From the IMG/VR virus record IMGVR_UViG_3300034062_005355: DNA of 64,000 nucleotides; one strand, 5' to 3'. This DNA comes from a virus (lineage: Duplodnaviria > Caudoviricetes). Position numbers and translations under genes: made by a program. Numbering within the stretch: position 1 is the first letter of the stretch; each line of letters opens with the position of its first letter. This document shows, piece after piece, positions 1 to 10,618 of the stretch. The notes beneath the pieces are model-generated. The model had not been told where the DNA came from and ran no database searches. It saw only the letters and a program-made list of their open reading frames with translations.

Positions 1-2
1 TA

Positions 3-638
3 AATAATATAGTAGGACAACCACCTTATGATATTTACATATGTCAAACAGGAGGAACAAGTTGTTTTTATATGACAACAATTAATTCTACGCCTTATTC
101 TTTTGATATACCAGCACCTTATAATACATCAAGCGCTTATATGTTAAAAGTAATTGATAATAACGGATGTGTTATAACAGGGGAAGAACCCGTTGTGACT
201 TGTTCTTTTATTACTCCAACCCCAACGCCAACAATTACCCTTACACCAACAATAACATCAACACCTACCGAGACTCCAACTAATACACTAACCGCAACAC
301 CAGGAACATCTCCAACTGAAACACCAACGGTTACTCCTACTAATACTCCTACATCAACACCTACCGAGACACCTACAACAACCCCAACTCCAACTATTAC
401 ACCAACCCCAACCGCAACACCACCATGTTGTTCTCAATGGACATATTACTTTAGTGGTAGTACAGGTGGGGTTAATATAATTTATCAAAACTGTGAAAAT
501 GTTGCCTCAACCACTCCTGTTTCTGGTTATAGTGAGATGGTACCACAAGTCTTTGGTTGTGTTTACCCTGGAACCACACCATATTTTGACGATACACAAT
601 GGGGTGGAGTTTTAACAAATACAAACCAATGTTGTTAA
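3..638 (+). CDS. Pro/Thr-repeat, Cys-containing putative virion structural protein (5'-truncated)
   Basis: The frame is open from the window edge ([18 protein letters not shown]...) and is paralogous to the N-terminus of 690..1337; long (TP)n linker. Confidence 0.75.
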   Translation, partial: NNIVGQPPYDIYICQTGGTSCFYMTTINSTPYSFDIPAPYNTSSAYMLKVIDNNGCVITGEEPVVTCSFITPTPTPTITLTPTITSTPTETPTNTLTATPGTSPTETPTVTPTNTPTSTPTETPTTTPTPTITPTPTATPPCCSQWTYYFSGSTGGVNIIYQNCENVASTTPVSGYSEMVPQVFGCVYPGTTPYFDDTQWGGVLTNTNQCC

Positions 639-689
639 ATTATATTTTTTATATTTATGAAATATGATATCATTAAAACAATATAAAAT

Positions 690-1337
690 ATGAGTCAACT
701 AGTAACAATAACATCAGTAACGGCCAACACTCCAGTAGATATATATTATTGTGATTCTATGAGTGAGAATTGTGTTTATGTATCAACTGTGTCCACATTT
801 CCATACACCTTTGAAGTGTTTCCTCCGTATAATACTGAAAACATTAACTTAAAGATTATTGATAGTCAAAATTGTGAAGTTATCGAAACCATTTTGATAA
901 GCCCTACTCCTACCCCAACAAATACCAAAACACCAACACCCACACCATCAATTACACCAAGCATAACACCTACTAATACCATAACACCTACCATAACACC
1001 AACAAATACCACAACCCCAACCGTAACTCCTACAATAACATCAACCCCGACACCAACACCTGTTGTTGTATCACATGCTGTTGGTTCCAACTTATCCGTA
1101 AGTTCGGCAAACACTTGTAATGATACGGTTACGATAGTTAATTATTACACTTACATTAGTGAAGCCAATTTAACACCTGTAAATGGTGCGATAGTTTATC
1201 AAACTAATGTTAGTGGTACCCTATTCAATCCGTTTAACGGTAATGATAGGTATATTAAAATGGGTTTTGGTGGTAATTTTTATGTAATACAAATAAACTC
1301 AGTTGGGGTAATATTGAATTATTCAATATGTGTTTAA
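690..1337 (+). CDS. Pro/Thr-repeat putative virion structural protein
   Basis: 215 aa; central (TP)n tract; N-domain paralogous to the upstream gene; TATTTAT motif upstream. Confidence 0.75.
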   Translation: MSQLVTITSVTANTPVDIYYCDSMSENCVYVSTVSTFPYTFEVFPPYNTENINLKIIDSQNCEVIETILISPTPTPTNTKTPTPTPSITPSITPTNTITPTITPTNTTTPTVTPTITSTPTPTPVVVSHAVGSNLSVSSANTCNDTVTIVNYYTYISEANLTPVNGAIVYQTNVSGTLFNPFNGNDRYIKMGFGGNFYVIQINSVGVILNYSICV

Positions 1338-1388
1338 TATACACAAAAAACCCTAAAATATTATACTTATAATAATATAATAAATTAA

Positions 1389-3425
1389 ATGGCAGGATGT
1401 TTTGAATGGTATTGGGAAACCATCACCAATAGTTCGAATATAACTTATAGAGATTGTCTTGGGAATAATGTGACCTTTTTTGCAACATATCCAAGCTCGG
1501 GTACCATATGTGTTTTAGATGGGACTACTCCGACATATGCAACACCAGGTTCGAATTTGTTGATAAATACATTAACTGCTTGTTCTTCACCAACGCCAAC
1601 ACCTACAAGGACACCAACTCAAACTCCGACTCAGACAAAAACACCAAGTCAAACACCAACAAATAGTCAAACACCATCGACAACTCCAATTATCTGTGGT
1701 AGTGGAACTACAACTGGAAATTATTACTATACTGATTGTTGTGGTAATTTAATACAGGGGACAACTGTTGGCCTTATAGTTTCTATTGATTATACCAAAC
1801 CATACAATGGTGTTGTTAAGTTAAATGTTCCGGCAACAACAGTTTGTTCAACCCCAACACCGACTCCAACACCAACCTTAACTCCAACAATTACACCAAC
1901 ACAAACAACAACGCCAACATCAACTTTAACTCCAACACCAACAAATACTCCAAATGTTACACCAACATCAAGTGGAGTTTTCGCATTAAAAAATGAATGT
2001 GATGTTTTTACTTTATTTGATATGGGTGTTCAATGTTATCCAATTACAATACCAACCTCACAAACATCAAGTGATGGTATTTTGGCGGTTCAAGTTACAG
2101 GTGGGACTGCACCATATTCATTTTATTGGGAAGGTGGACAAAGAACTCAGACTTTAGTTGGAATACCTCAAGGTAGTTATGAAGTTATTGTTGTTGATTA
2201 TTATGGTGATTATAGTTCGACAACAGTTTGTAATCTATTCCCACCATCTCCTACTCCTACAAATACAACAACACCAACGCCAACGGTTACACCAACGCCT
2301 GTTTATCCTGATTTATGTTTAATATATGTTAGTTCAACAATTAGTTATGGACCAATTCAATTTACTTTGAATGGTTTTTACAATAATAAACCTACTTGGA
2401 CAGGAATTTATGATAACAGTCAATTAGATGTTGAATGGTCAATACAAAATTCAAGATGGGAAATCATAGGGTGGTCTTTCACACCAGGAATTCCTGTTAG
2501 TGTTAATTCTTCTAATATACCTGATAGTGGATGGTCAATGGCTGGAGGTCAACAAGCGACTCTGTCAATGACCACAGGAAATTGTCCTAGTTACATACCA
2601 TTAATGTCGGTACCAACAGTACAAAATCAAACTTGTCCTGCAAATCTTAACGGTTCAATTACATTAATGACAAATTATGGAGTACCTCCATATGAATACT
2701 CAATTAATGGTGGTAATTCATATCAATCAAGTAATGTATTCCAAGGATTAGGTTCTTCAACATATACTGTGATTACAAGAGATTCTGCAACTCCAACAAA
2801 AAATACTTTAAGTAATACTGTGTTGGTTACAACATTAGGTGAAAATCTTAATTATAGTCTTGAAGTGGTTGTTGATAACGTTGTGAATTTAGGGATTGGT
2901 TCTCAATTGGCTAGTTGGAGAGTTAATATAACTCCTCCGTTACCAGTTGGAACCACAATATCTTTTGTGTTATCGGTTAACGAGATTAAAACGTATTATT
3001 CACCAGGAACTGGAACCATAAATGGAACAACTGTGGTTAAGTTTAATAATAACATTTTAAACTCGTATCTTTCAGGATTTACACCTTTAGTTGAATCACC
3101 AAGAGAGTTCTGTTCACCAAATACACAATCAGCCACCACAACATCTGCATTTTATTCGACAAACTTACAAAACCCTCAACAACTTCAAAGAGTTACAATG
3201 GGACATGGTGATGTTGTGTCAGGAACTTCATTATCTGAGTTAAATATAACTGAAGGTGCGGTAGGTTTTAATTCATGTATAACTAAACTTGAACAAAGTA
3301 TATTAGTGTCTACTTCATCGGCCACCATTACAGGTGGTGTTTGTAATAGTATAACAAATAACCCACAGTCACAAGGAATTAATAATCATACAATAGTATT
3401 AGGTCAGAGTACGAGTGAAAACTAA
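1389..3425 (+). CDS. Pro/Thr-linker protein with SprB-like repeats; putative tail fibre/adhesin
   Basis: Three (TP)n tracts; VQVTGGTAPYSFYW...GSYEVIVVD and GVPPYEYSING...STYTVITRD resemble SprB repeats. Confidence 0.65.
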   Translation: MAGCFEWYWETITNSSNITYRDCLGNNVTFFATYPSSGTICVLDGTTPTYATPGSNLLINTLTACSSPTPTPTRTPTQTPTQTKTPSQTPTNSQTPSTTPIICGSGTTTGNYYYTDCCGNLIQGTTVGLIVSIDYTKPYNGVVKLNVPATTVCSTPTPTPTPTLTPTITPTQTTTPTSTLTPTPTNTPNVTPTSSGVFALKNECDVFTLFDMGVQCYPITIPTSQTSSDGILAVQVTGGTAPYSFYWEGGQRTQTLVGIPQGSYEVIVVDYYGDYSSTTVCNLFPPSPTPTNTTTPTPTVTPTPVYPDLCLIYVSSTISYGPIQFTLNGFYNNKPTWTGIYDNSQLDVEWSIQNSRWEIIGWSFTPGIPVSVNSSNIPDSGWSMAGGQQATLSMTTGNCPSYIPLMSVPTVQNQTCPANLNGSITLMTNYGVPPYEYSINGGNSYQSSNVFQGLGSSTYTVITRDSATPTKNTLSNTVLVTTLGENLNYSLEVVVDNVVNLGIGSQLASWRVNITPPLPVGTTISFVLSVNEIKTYYSPGTGTINGTTVVKFNNNILNSYLSGFTPLVESPREFCSPNTQSATTTSAFYSTNLQNPQQLQRVTMGHGDVVSGTSLSELNITEGAVGFNSCITKLEQSILVSTSSATITGGVCNSITNNPQSQGINNHTIVLGQSTSEN

Positions 3426-3465
3426 AAGTTTTAAAAATAAAATAGAATAAGAATATTTATAAAAA

Positions 3466-5673
3466 ATGTCATACATTATAAAAAATACATCAGGATTAAT
3501 TAACACCAGACTAACTGATGTTGGAAGAAGAAACATATCGCTGGGAAGCTTTAATATTTCTTATTTTCAAATTGGTGATAGTGAGGTTAATTATAGTGCG
3601 GTTCCAAACTACAATATAGTTAATAATAATATTTTAATGCCAGCCTTTAATGCTCAAAACGATACTGGTACACCACGTTCAAATAAACAAAACATTAAAT
3701 ACCCGTATTATGTTCAAGGCGGTGCAGGTAATACGTATGGTATTCCATTTTTAGATAGCCAATTCCAATCTGTTTATAATTCGGCAGGTGTTAAGGGATT
3801 TTTTACAACAGGAGTAACGTCAGCACAAACAAGTTCGGCATATACCGTAACATCAAATTATTTGGTAGATATGACAACTTTATCGGGTCAAACATCGATA
3901 GATATTACACTAGACTATTGTGCTGCAACAACTGGAACACCTTCAATAAATGACTACATTACTATATTCTTTGACCCTAATGGTGGTTGTGGTGATTTTG
4001 GAACATATCCAATTTTAACTTACAGAATTCAAGATATGAGTCCATCAACAGGGACTACAGGTACAACAGGTTATACTTTAACTTTAGATAGAAGTGTTCC
4101 TGATTACAGTGTAGTTGCACCTTCAGGAAGTATTGCAAGGGTGTTAATTTATCCATCTGGTATGACTCAACTATATGATTCTATAACTCCAGCACCTTAT
4201 TGGCAAACAGACACACTTAATTTTGAGTCTCCTTGTGATGTGACAAATCGTGAAAATACGTTAGTTTGGAATATGAATATTCCATGGTCTGTAAGCCCTG
4301 CGGGTGTTTTTAGTAACCAATATGAAGATTATACTCAGTACGGTTCAGTTTCTTATATTGGTACAAAAGAATATTTGGGATATCAAGAGCCAAGTGGACA
4401 AACAGACACTAGTTTAGTTTTTTATTATAATTCATTTGACGAAAGAATAATAGTACCTCCAGCACAACAAAAGGCTATTGGTATTATACACTATACTAAT
4501 CAATCAATCGATAATGTTTATGGTGAAAAATTTTCAACTACACCTTTTGACCCACAAAATCCAACAGATAGTACTGGTTTAGCAAGACATTTTAAGATAA
4601 CATTACCTACATTAATGTGGCACAAATCTACAGGTGGTACTATTGGTGAAACATTCTATATAGACCCTCCAGGTTACGATAATTTATGTGTACCGTTCTA
4701 TATTAAGTCTACTAAAAACATTGACATGAATGACCCTGGTATTAGGTATTATCATTTATGGGATACAAATCCTGATAGTAACGGAAATCTAAATAGAATT
4801 GGAAAAGTTTTCCCTGATTCACAAATTGTTGTTATTGACGATGAAGAAGTAATTGCAGCAATGTCCTACAAGGCAAATAGAAATTGGACAATACCTGCAC
4901 CAAAGTTATCTTTATTAACTCCAAACACTTGTTTTTCAAACGGACAAAGTGCTACAGGTTTATTATCGAACGATACTCAAAAAATGTGGGTTACATACAG
5001 ATTAGATTCTACAGGATTTACGAATTCATTACATTGTAATTATTATTCAATGATTACAGGACCTACAACAGGTTGTACAACTGATTCGCAAAACGTAGCG
5101 GTTAGATTTGGAAGTGAATTCCCTTTCTTATCTGACGGAAGTTTTGGTGATGGAACACTCACAGGGTTTTCTGCAAATTCTTTAAAATTAATTTGTCAAA
5201 TTGTAATAGGAGATGCTCAACCAAGTCCAACAAATTGGAAAGAGATTGATGTTACTAATGAAATTAGTGGTTCAACAATCAATGGTTATTTAACCGTAAG
5301 TGGTATTACAGGTAATACGTTCCAAATTACAAGTGACTTGTATAATAATGCTAGTCTTTATGATTTGTCGGATTACATTGATATACCAACAAACGGACAA
5401 ACTGATATATTGAATTTTGGTGACGAATATTATTTTTATGGGAACTTAGAAAGTGATATAACTGCAACCATTTATGAGATGAGATATCTTATAAATCTTG
5501 GAAGAAATCAGTTTACTAATACATCAAATCCTACATGGACTTCAGGAACAACTTCATATGTTACTGAAATTGGTCTTTACGATGCAAATAAAGACCTTAT
5601 AGTTATATCTAAGCTACAATCACCTGAGTTAAGGCAAGGTATTCAACAGTATGTGGTAAAACTTGATTTTTAG
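3466..5673 (+). CDS. putative tail/baseplate structural protein
   Basis: 735 aa, T/S/G-rich; N-term LTDVGRR and C-term VTEIGLYDANKDLIVISKL resemble phage tail-collar/baseplate proteins; TATTTATA 4 nt before ATG. Confidence 0.55.
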   Translation: MSYIIKNTSGLINTRLTDVGRRNISLGSFNISYFQIGDSEVNYSAVPNYNIVNNNILMPAFNAQNDTGTPRSNKQNIKYPYYVQGGAGNTYGIPFLDSQFQSVYNSAGVKGFFTTGVTSAQTSSAYTVTSNYLVDMTTLSGQTSIDITLDYCAATTGTPSINDYITIFFDPNGGCGDFGTYPILTYRIQDMSPSTGTTGTTGYTLTLDRSVPDYSVVAPSGSIARVLIYPSGMTQLYDSITPAPYWQTDTLNFESPCDVTNRENTLVWNMNIPWSVSPAGVFSNQYEDYTQYGSVSYIGTKEYLGYQEPSGQTDTSLVFYYNSFDERIIVPPAQQKAIGIIHYTNQSIDNVYGEKFSTTPFDPQNPTDSTGLARHFKITLPTLMWHKSTGGTIGETFYIDPPGYDNLCVPFYIKSTKNIDMNDPGIRYYHLWDTNPDSNGNLNRIGKVFPDSQIVVIDDEEVIAAMSYKANRNWTIPAPKLSLLTPNTCFSNGQSATGLLSNDTQKMWVTYRLDSTGFTNSLHCNYYSMITGPTTGCTTDSQNVAVRFGSEFPFLSDGSFGDGTLTGFSANSLKLICQIVIGDAQPSPTNWKEIDVTNEISGSTINGYLTVSGITGNTFQITSDLYNNASLYDLSDYIDIPTNGQTDILNFGDEYYFYGNLESDITATIYEMRYLINLGRNQFTNTSNPTWTSGTTSYVTEIGLYDANKDLIVISKLQSPELRQGIQQYVVKLDF

Positions 5674-5724
5674 GGTTACACTTCAGTACTAACTACTTTT
5701 GTCGTAATTATGATATTTATAATT

Positions 5725-6402
5725 ATGACAAAAGTTTTTATTTATATTTTAATTGACCCACAATCAAAACAACTCCGATATGTTGGAAAAACAACAGATA
5801 TTAATCGTAGATTGAGGAGGCATATTAGTGAAAGGGTTTTACATGATAGTTATAAAGATAGGTGGATAAGAAAATTAATTGATAATAATTTTTTACCACA
5901 AATTGAGGTTATTGATGTTGTAGATAAATCTGATTGGGGTTATTGGGAAAAATTTTATATTTCGTATTTCAAGTATATTGGATGTGAATTAACCAACGGG
6001 ACTATTGGTGGTGATGAACCACCATCAACAAAAGGAAGGAAACATACTTCAGAATCAAAGTTAAAAATGTCTGAAACTAAGAAAGGTAAACCAATTCCTT
6101 GGCTTAATAATGGTCTTGAAAGAACTGAAACACATAAAAAAAATTTATCCAAATCGTGTAAAGGTAGAAAATCACCAAATAAAGGAAAAACATATACTGA
6201 AAAATTCAAAAAAAGATTATCTAACGCATCAACAGTTAAAATAAAAGTTAGACAATTAGATTTGAATGGTAATTTAATTAAAGTTTGGGAATCAATCGCA
6301 TTAGCACAAAACTCTTTACAAATTAGACATATTTCCGAAGTTTGTAGAAATGTTCGTAATCATAAAACCTCAGGAGGGTTTAGATGGGAATATGAAAAAT
6401 AA
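5725..6402 (+). CDS. GIY-YIG homing endonuclease with NUMOD3/NUMOD1-like DNA-binding tails
   Basis: FIYIL...RYVGKT motif; KHTSESKLKMSE repeats; C-terminal QLDLNGNLIKVWESI...GGFRWEY. Confidence 0.9.
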   Translation: MTKVFIYILIDPQSKQLRYVGKTTDINRRLRRHISERVLHDSYKDRWIRKLIDNNFLPQIEVIDVVDKSDWGYWEKFYISYFKYIGCELTNGTIGGDEPPSTKGRKHTSESKLKMSETKKGKPIPWLNNGLERTETHKKNLSKSCKGRKSPNKGKTYTEKFKKRLSNASTVKIKVRQLDLNGNLIKVWESIALAQNSLQIRHISEVCRNVRNHKTSGGFRWEYEK

Positions 6403-7024
6403 AAAAGATATTAGAACAAAAATGAATAAAAATAAACTTAATCAATCCCCCAAGGTATTAGGGTTAGATGTGTCAACTCGTACAATTGGTGTTGCATTAT
6501 TTGACATCCAAACAAAAGAACTTTTAGAATTAACACACATTTCTCCTGTACCTAAACCAAAGGTTGAAAATAAAATTGAAGAACTTATTCTTAAAGGACA
6601 CATCTTTAGAAAAAAACTTGAAGATTATGTTGGAATGGGAATCACAAATGTTGTGATTGAGGAACCACTTTTAAATTCTAATAACGTATATACCGTTGGA
6701 ACCTTAATGAGGTTCAATACCTTGGTATGTAAAGAAGTCTACGATGTTCTTGGAATCGTACCTGAATTCATCTCAACTTATAATTCAAGAAAATTTGCCT
6801 TCCCCCACCTTGTACAACAAAACGATAAAGGAAAATTCGTTTTATTTGGTGGTCTTCCAAAAGACATAGACAAGAAAGTCGTGATATGGGAATTAGTAGC
6901 AAAACGCGAACCACAAATCTTGTGGCAATACACCAAAAACAATACCCTCAAAAAAGAAAATTTTGATTCTACTGATGCTTATTGTGCCGCACTCGGTTTA
7001 ATGAAAATGAAAGAAATTTGGTAA
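6392..7024 (+). CDS. ruvC: RuvC-like Holliday junction resolvase
   Basis: VLGLDVSTRTIG, VVIEE, DSTDAY RNase H-fold acidic residues; start at 6392 or 6422. Confidence 0.75.
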   Translation: MKNKKDIRTKMNKNKLNQSPKVLGLDVSTRTIGVALFDIQTKELLELTHISPVPKPKVENKIEELILKGHIFRKKLEDYVGMGITNVVIEEPLLNSNNVYTVGTLMRFNTLVCKEVYDVLGIVPEFISTYNSRKFAFPHLVQQNDKGKFVLFGGLPKDIDKKVVIWELVAKREPQILWQYTKNNTLKKENFDSTDAYCAALGLMKMKEIW

Positions 7025-7051
7025 TTCCAAATTTTTGCCTATCTTTGCTAA

Positions 7052-7426
7052 ATGGGAGTAAATGGTAAATGTATTCGTGATGATGATTCAAAGGTAATTA
7101 AGAAATTACTCAAAAAGTTTTCTAAAAAAGAAATTACACCTTTTAACGATAGGTTAAGAGGGTCATTCTATATTGTTGGTTTTAGAAAATACGATTTTAT
7201 TAACGAAGTTGATATTGAGTTCAATGGGGAAATACGTGCTAGATATAATTCATTCGAAGAGCATAGTTGGTTTAAATCTGACATATATAATAAATCTGGA
7301 GTTTCTAAAATCAAAGTTACTAAACTAATTAAAAGTGCAATTTTTAATGAGGTTAAAGACCAAGCGGCTTATTTTGGAATTAAATTAAGATATGTTGAGG
7401 AAATAAAAAAAATTAATTGGACATAA
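7052..7426 (+). CDS. hypothetical protein
   Basis: 124-aa ORF behind a TATCTTTG promoter motif. Confidence 0.7.
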   Translation: MGVNGKCIRDDDSKVIKKLLKKFSKKEITPFNDRLRGSFYIVGFRKYDFINEVDIEFNGEIRARYNSFEEHSWFKSDIYNKSGVSKIKVTKLIKSAIFNEVKDQAAYFGIKLRYVEEIKKINWT

Positions 7427-7433
7427 GATAATT

Positions 7434-7607
7434 ATGTTTAATATGGTTCTTTTTAAAAAAATTTTAATAAAATTATTTATTACTCATTTAATCATTTTGG
7501 CAATAATCTTTATGATTATTTTTATGGTTGAATATGAGTTATCTGAGGAAACCCCACTTAAAAAATGGTGGAGGAAGTATATTATAGGAAATGATCCTGA
7601 AGAATAG
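7434..7607 (+). CDS. small membrane protein (57 aa; not in ORF track)
   Basis: Hand-translated MFNMVLFKKILIKLFITHLIILAIIFMIIFMVEY...DPEE*; one TM segment; fills the intergenic gap. Confidence 0.5.
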   Translation: MFNMVLFKKILIKLFITHLIILAIIFMIIFMVEYELSEETPLKKWWRKYIIGNDPEE

Positions 7608-7638
7608 ATTTGTCGTAAATTTTTACTATATTTGAGAC

Positions 7639-8553
7639 ATGACAGAAGAGGTAGAGGTTTTAGTAGAATTACTTAGGGATGTTTTAGGTAACGAAAAACA
7701 ACACTATGAATCTAAGGGTCAAATATCATTTGACTGCCCTGTCTGTGCAGCTGAAAAAGGATTGGACAATGGTGATGGTAAAGGAAACCTTGAGATTAAC
7801 TATTCTAAACACGTATATAAATGTTGGTCATGTGGTGAGACATACGGAACTCAAGGACCATTAGGTAAATTATTTGATAAACATGCCACCAAAGCCCAAA
7901 AGAAAGTTTATAACCTAATCAAACCTGAGGAGTTAAAACAACAAGATGCCAAGAAACCAAAATTAAAATTGCCTGAGGGATATACGACCTTTGAGGACTC
8001 CAACCCAAGATTTATTCCACATATTGAGGCTTACCGATACCTACAATCAAGAGGTATTACAGATGAGATAATCAAAAAATATAAGATAGGTTATACCGCT
8101 ACTGGTGATTTTGCCTACAGAATCATCGTTCCTTCATTTAATAAAGAGGGTACGTTGAATTATTTTGTTGCAAGGTCGTGGGTAAAAGGTAGGATAAAAT
8201 ATAAGAATCCAACCGCGGCGAAAGATGAAATAATATTCAACGAAGGTATGATTGATTGGAATAAAGATGTATATTTGGTGGAGGGGGCATTTGACGGATT
8301 CTTTTTGGATAACTCTATTGTGATGTTGGGTAAGAAGATGAGCAAGTTATTGTTTGAAACTCTATACTTGAACGCCAAGGGTAACGTGATTATATGTCCT
8401 GATGGCGACGCTTGGAAAGACGGATTAAAACTATACCACGAATTAAATGGCGGAGTGTTATATAACAAAATAAAAATAATAAAATTGCCGATTGATAAAG
8501 ACATCTGTGATATAAGAGGACAAATTGATGAATACTACTATGAAATTAAATGA
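7639..8553 (+). CDS. dnaG: DNA primase (Zn finger + TOPRIM)
   Basis: CPVC...CWSC zinc finger; YRIIVP; VEGAFDG and DGD TOPRIM motifs. Confidence 0.9.
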   Translation: MTEEVEVLVELLRDVLGNEKQHYESKGQISFDCPVCAAEKGLDNGDGKGNLEINYSKHVYKCWSCGETYGTQGPLGKLFDKHATKAQKKVYNLIKPEELKQQDAKKPKLKLPEGYTTFEDSNPRFIPHIEAYRYLQSRGITDEIIKKYKIGYTATGDFAYRIIVPSFNKEGTLNYFVARSWVKGRIKYKNPTAAKDEIIFNEGMIDWNKDVYLVEGAFDGFFLDNSIVMLGKKMSKLLFETLYLNAKGNVIICPDGDAWKDGLKLYHELNGGVLYNKIKIIKLPIDKDICDIRGQIDEYYYEIK

Positions 8554-9388
8554 TATTGCGAAAGAGATAAGGGAGATTATTTCTCAAAAACAAACCGAGC
8601 TCGGTTTATCGTTTGAGGAAGAAAACCACATCTATACCATGAATGGTAGGACAGACTACCCGTCAGTATCTAAGGTATTAAAGAAATTCTATACAGAGTT
8701 TGCGACCGAAGAAATCGCTTTAAAAGTTGCGGGTGGTGACCCACAACGTCAACAAGAACTTATTGAAGAATGGGCTGCGGCAGGAACATACTCAACCAAT
8801 ATGGGAAGTCGTGTTCACTTTGTATTGGAGAGTGATGTTATCAAACGTAACGGAAACTACAAACAAGTAAGACAACCTGAATTCAAATGTGACTTGAGTC
8901 AGATTATGAAGGGGGACAATATGATTGTTGCTGGCAAAAAATATCTTGACTTGATGGAAGAAAGGGGGGCGATACTACTCGATACTGAGATGGTCTTGGG
9001 TCACCCTGAATTAGGGTACACGGGTCAGCCCGACAAAGTTTGGTTGATGATGAATCGTGACAAAAGTGAATATGGAATTGTCATTACCGATTGGAAAACA
9101 AACAAAAAAAAGAACTTTGCCTCCACAAACTATACAAAGAAAATGTTAAAACCATTTGAGAAATATGACGATACCGCACTTGGTCACTACTATGTTCAAT
9201 TACCACTTTATGGTAAGTTGTTATTAAAAATGTTGGAAGGCACAAAGTATGAGAACATTAAACTATATGGTTGTGTAATATCTCATCTAAAAGATGATAG
9301 TTTATATGATGAATACAAAGTTCCTCAAGACATTGTGAATATCATTATGGGTATAGATGTCAAACAATATTTGACAAATCAGAAATAA
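8540..9388 (+). CDS. PD-(D/E)XK (Cas4/RecE-like) exonuclease
   Basis: MGSRVH, GYTGQPDK, ITDWKT, YYVQL motifs. Confidence 0.8.
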   Translation: MKLNDIAKEIREIISQKQTELGLSFEEENHIYTMNGRTDYPSVSKVLKKFYTEFATEEIALKVAGGDPQRQQELIEEWAAAGTYSTNMGSRVHFVLESDVIKRNGNYKQVRQPEFKCDLSQIMKGDNMIVAGKKYLDLMEERGAILLDTEMVLGHPELGYTGQPDKVWLMMNRDKSEYGIVITDWKTNKKKNFASTNYTKKMLKPFEKYDDTALGHYYVQLPLYGKLLLKMLEGTKYENIKLYGCVISHLKDDSLYDEYKVPQDIVNIIMGIDVKQYLTNQK

Positions 9389-9415
9389 AGAATTAAACTT
9401 ATCAAAAATTATATT

Positions 9416-9616
9416 ATGACTAAACTATCAAAATTTACTTATGCTATTATGTTAGCAGTATCATTAATTACAATTACAACCAATTTAATCACATCCGAGT
9501 ATAACACTGTTATAATGGCGACAGGGACTTTATGTTGGGTTGGGGTTGCGTTTATGATGGAATTACAATGTATTAAACTACAAAAACAAATAGACGAATT
9601 AAATGGAAACAATTAA
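9416..9616 (+). CDS. small two-TM membrane protein
   Basis: Two hydrophobic segments; in operon. Confidence 0.65.
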   Translation: MTKLSKFTYAIMLAVSLITITTNLITSEYNTVIMATGTLCWVGVAFMMELQCIKLQKQIDELNGNN

Positions 9617-9845
9617 ACCAAAAGTTAACTTAAGAGAATGTGAGACAACCAAATGTGATGCTTGTAATAGTATCTACTTTAGAGAAGTAATTTACATCAA
9701 AAAAGTGTCAAAATTATTGACAGGTTCCGCTGAGGACACAACAGTACCATTCCCAATTTACAAATGTGATGAGTGTGGTCACATTAACAAAGGATTTAAT
9801 CCTTTTGAGGATGAAGAGGAAACAAAACTAACATTAAATGATTAA
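9603..9845 (+). CDS. zinc-ribbon protein
   Basis: CDAC...CDECGH; overlaps both neighbours. Confidence 0.75.
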   Translation: METIKPKVNLRECETTKCDACNSIYFREVIYIKKVSKLLTGSAEDTTVPFPIYKCDECGHINKGFNPFEDEEETKLTLND

Positions 9846-10617
9846 GAGATTAGTACATTTTTCTGATTTACATATCAGACTGTTTAAAGACCATGATTTA
9901 TATCGTGGGATATTGGAAACTGCATTAAAGGAGTGGGCATCCATCCGACCTGACCGTATTGTGTTCACGGGAGACTTGGTACATTCAAAAAATCAGATGA
10001 CGCCAGAACTGGTTGAATTCGTTGCTTGGGTGTTATCTGAATGTGCTAAAATTGCCAAAACTGTTGTTATTATTGGGAACCATGATTTCTTGGAGAACAA
10101 CAATACAAGGTTGGATGCGCTCACTCCTATAATTGATTCTTTGAAGAATGATAACATTACTTATTTAAAGAATCGTGGAGTTTACGAAGATGATAATGTA
10201 AATTGGTGTGTCTACTCTTTAATGGAACATAACATTCCACCTGACATTCAAAAATCAGATAAGAAAAACATTGGATTATTCCATGGACCTATCCAAGGAC
10301 TATACACTGATATTGGGTATAAGTTTGAAGATGGATTTGATGTAGATAAATTCAGTGGGTGCGACTTAGTATTATGTGGAGACATTCACAAACGACAAGT
10401 GTTTGATATCCCTGGTAAAAAGAAAGCATATATGATTGGTTCAACCATTCAACAAAATTTTGGTGAGAAGATTACCAAACATGGATATGGTGTATACGAC
10501 CTTGAATCAGACCAATATGACTTTATTGACTTACCAAACCCTAAACCGTTTTTATCATTCTACATCAACTCAATAGATAACTTGGTTGAAGGAACTGAAA
10601 AACTTGTTAACTACTAA
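9838..10617 (+). CDS. sbcD: SbcD/Mre11-like recombination nuclease (gp47-like)
   Basis: FSDLH, TGDLVH, GNHD, FHG, GDIHKRQ metallophosphoesterase motifs; SbcC nearby. Confidence 0.9.
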   Translation: MIKRLVHFSDLHIRLFKDHDLYRGILETALKEWASIRPDRIVFTGDLVHSKNQMTPELVEFVAWVLSECAKIAKTVVIIGNHDFLENNNTRLDALTPIIDSLKNDNITYLKNRGVYEDDNVNWCVYSLMEHNIPPDIQKSDKKNIGLFHGPIQGLYTDIGYKFEDGFDVDKFSGCDLVLCGDIHKRQVFDIPGKKKAYMIGSTIQQNFGEKITKHGYGVYDLESDQYDFIDLPNPKPFLSFYINSIDNLVEGTEKLVNY

Positions 10618-10618
10618 G

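Noticed and set aside
8540-9388. Cas4 as evidence of a CRISPR system
   Set aside because: It lies in the primase/SbcCD replication operon, lacks the four-Cys Fe-S pattern and has no array or other cas genes.
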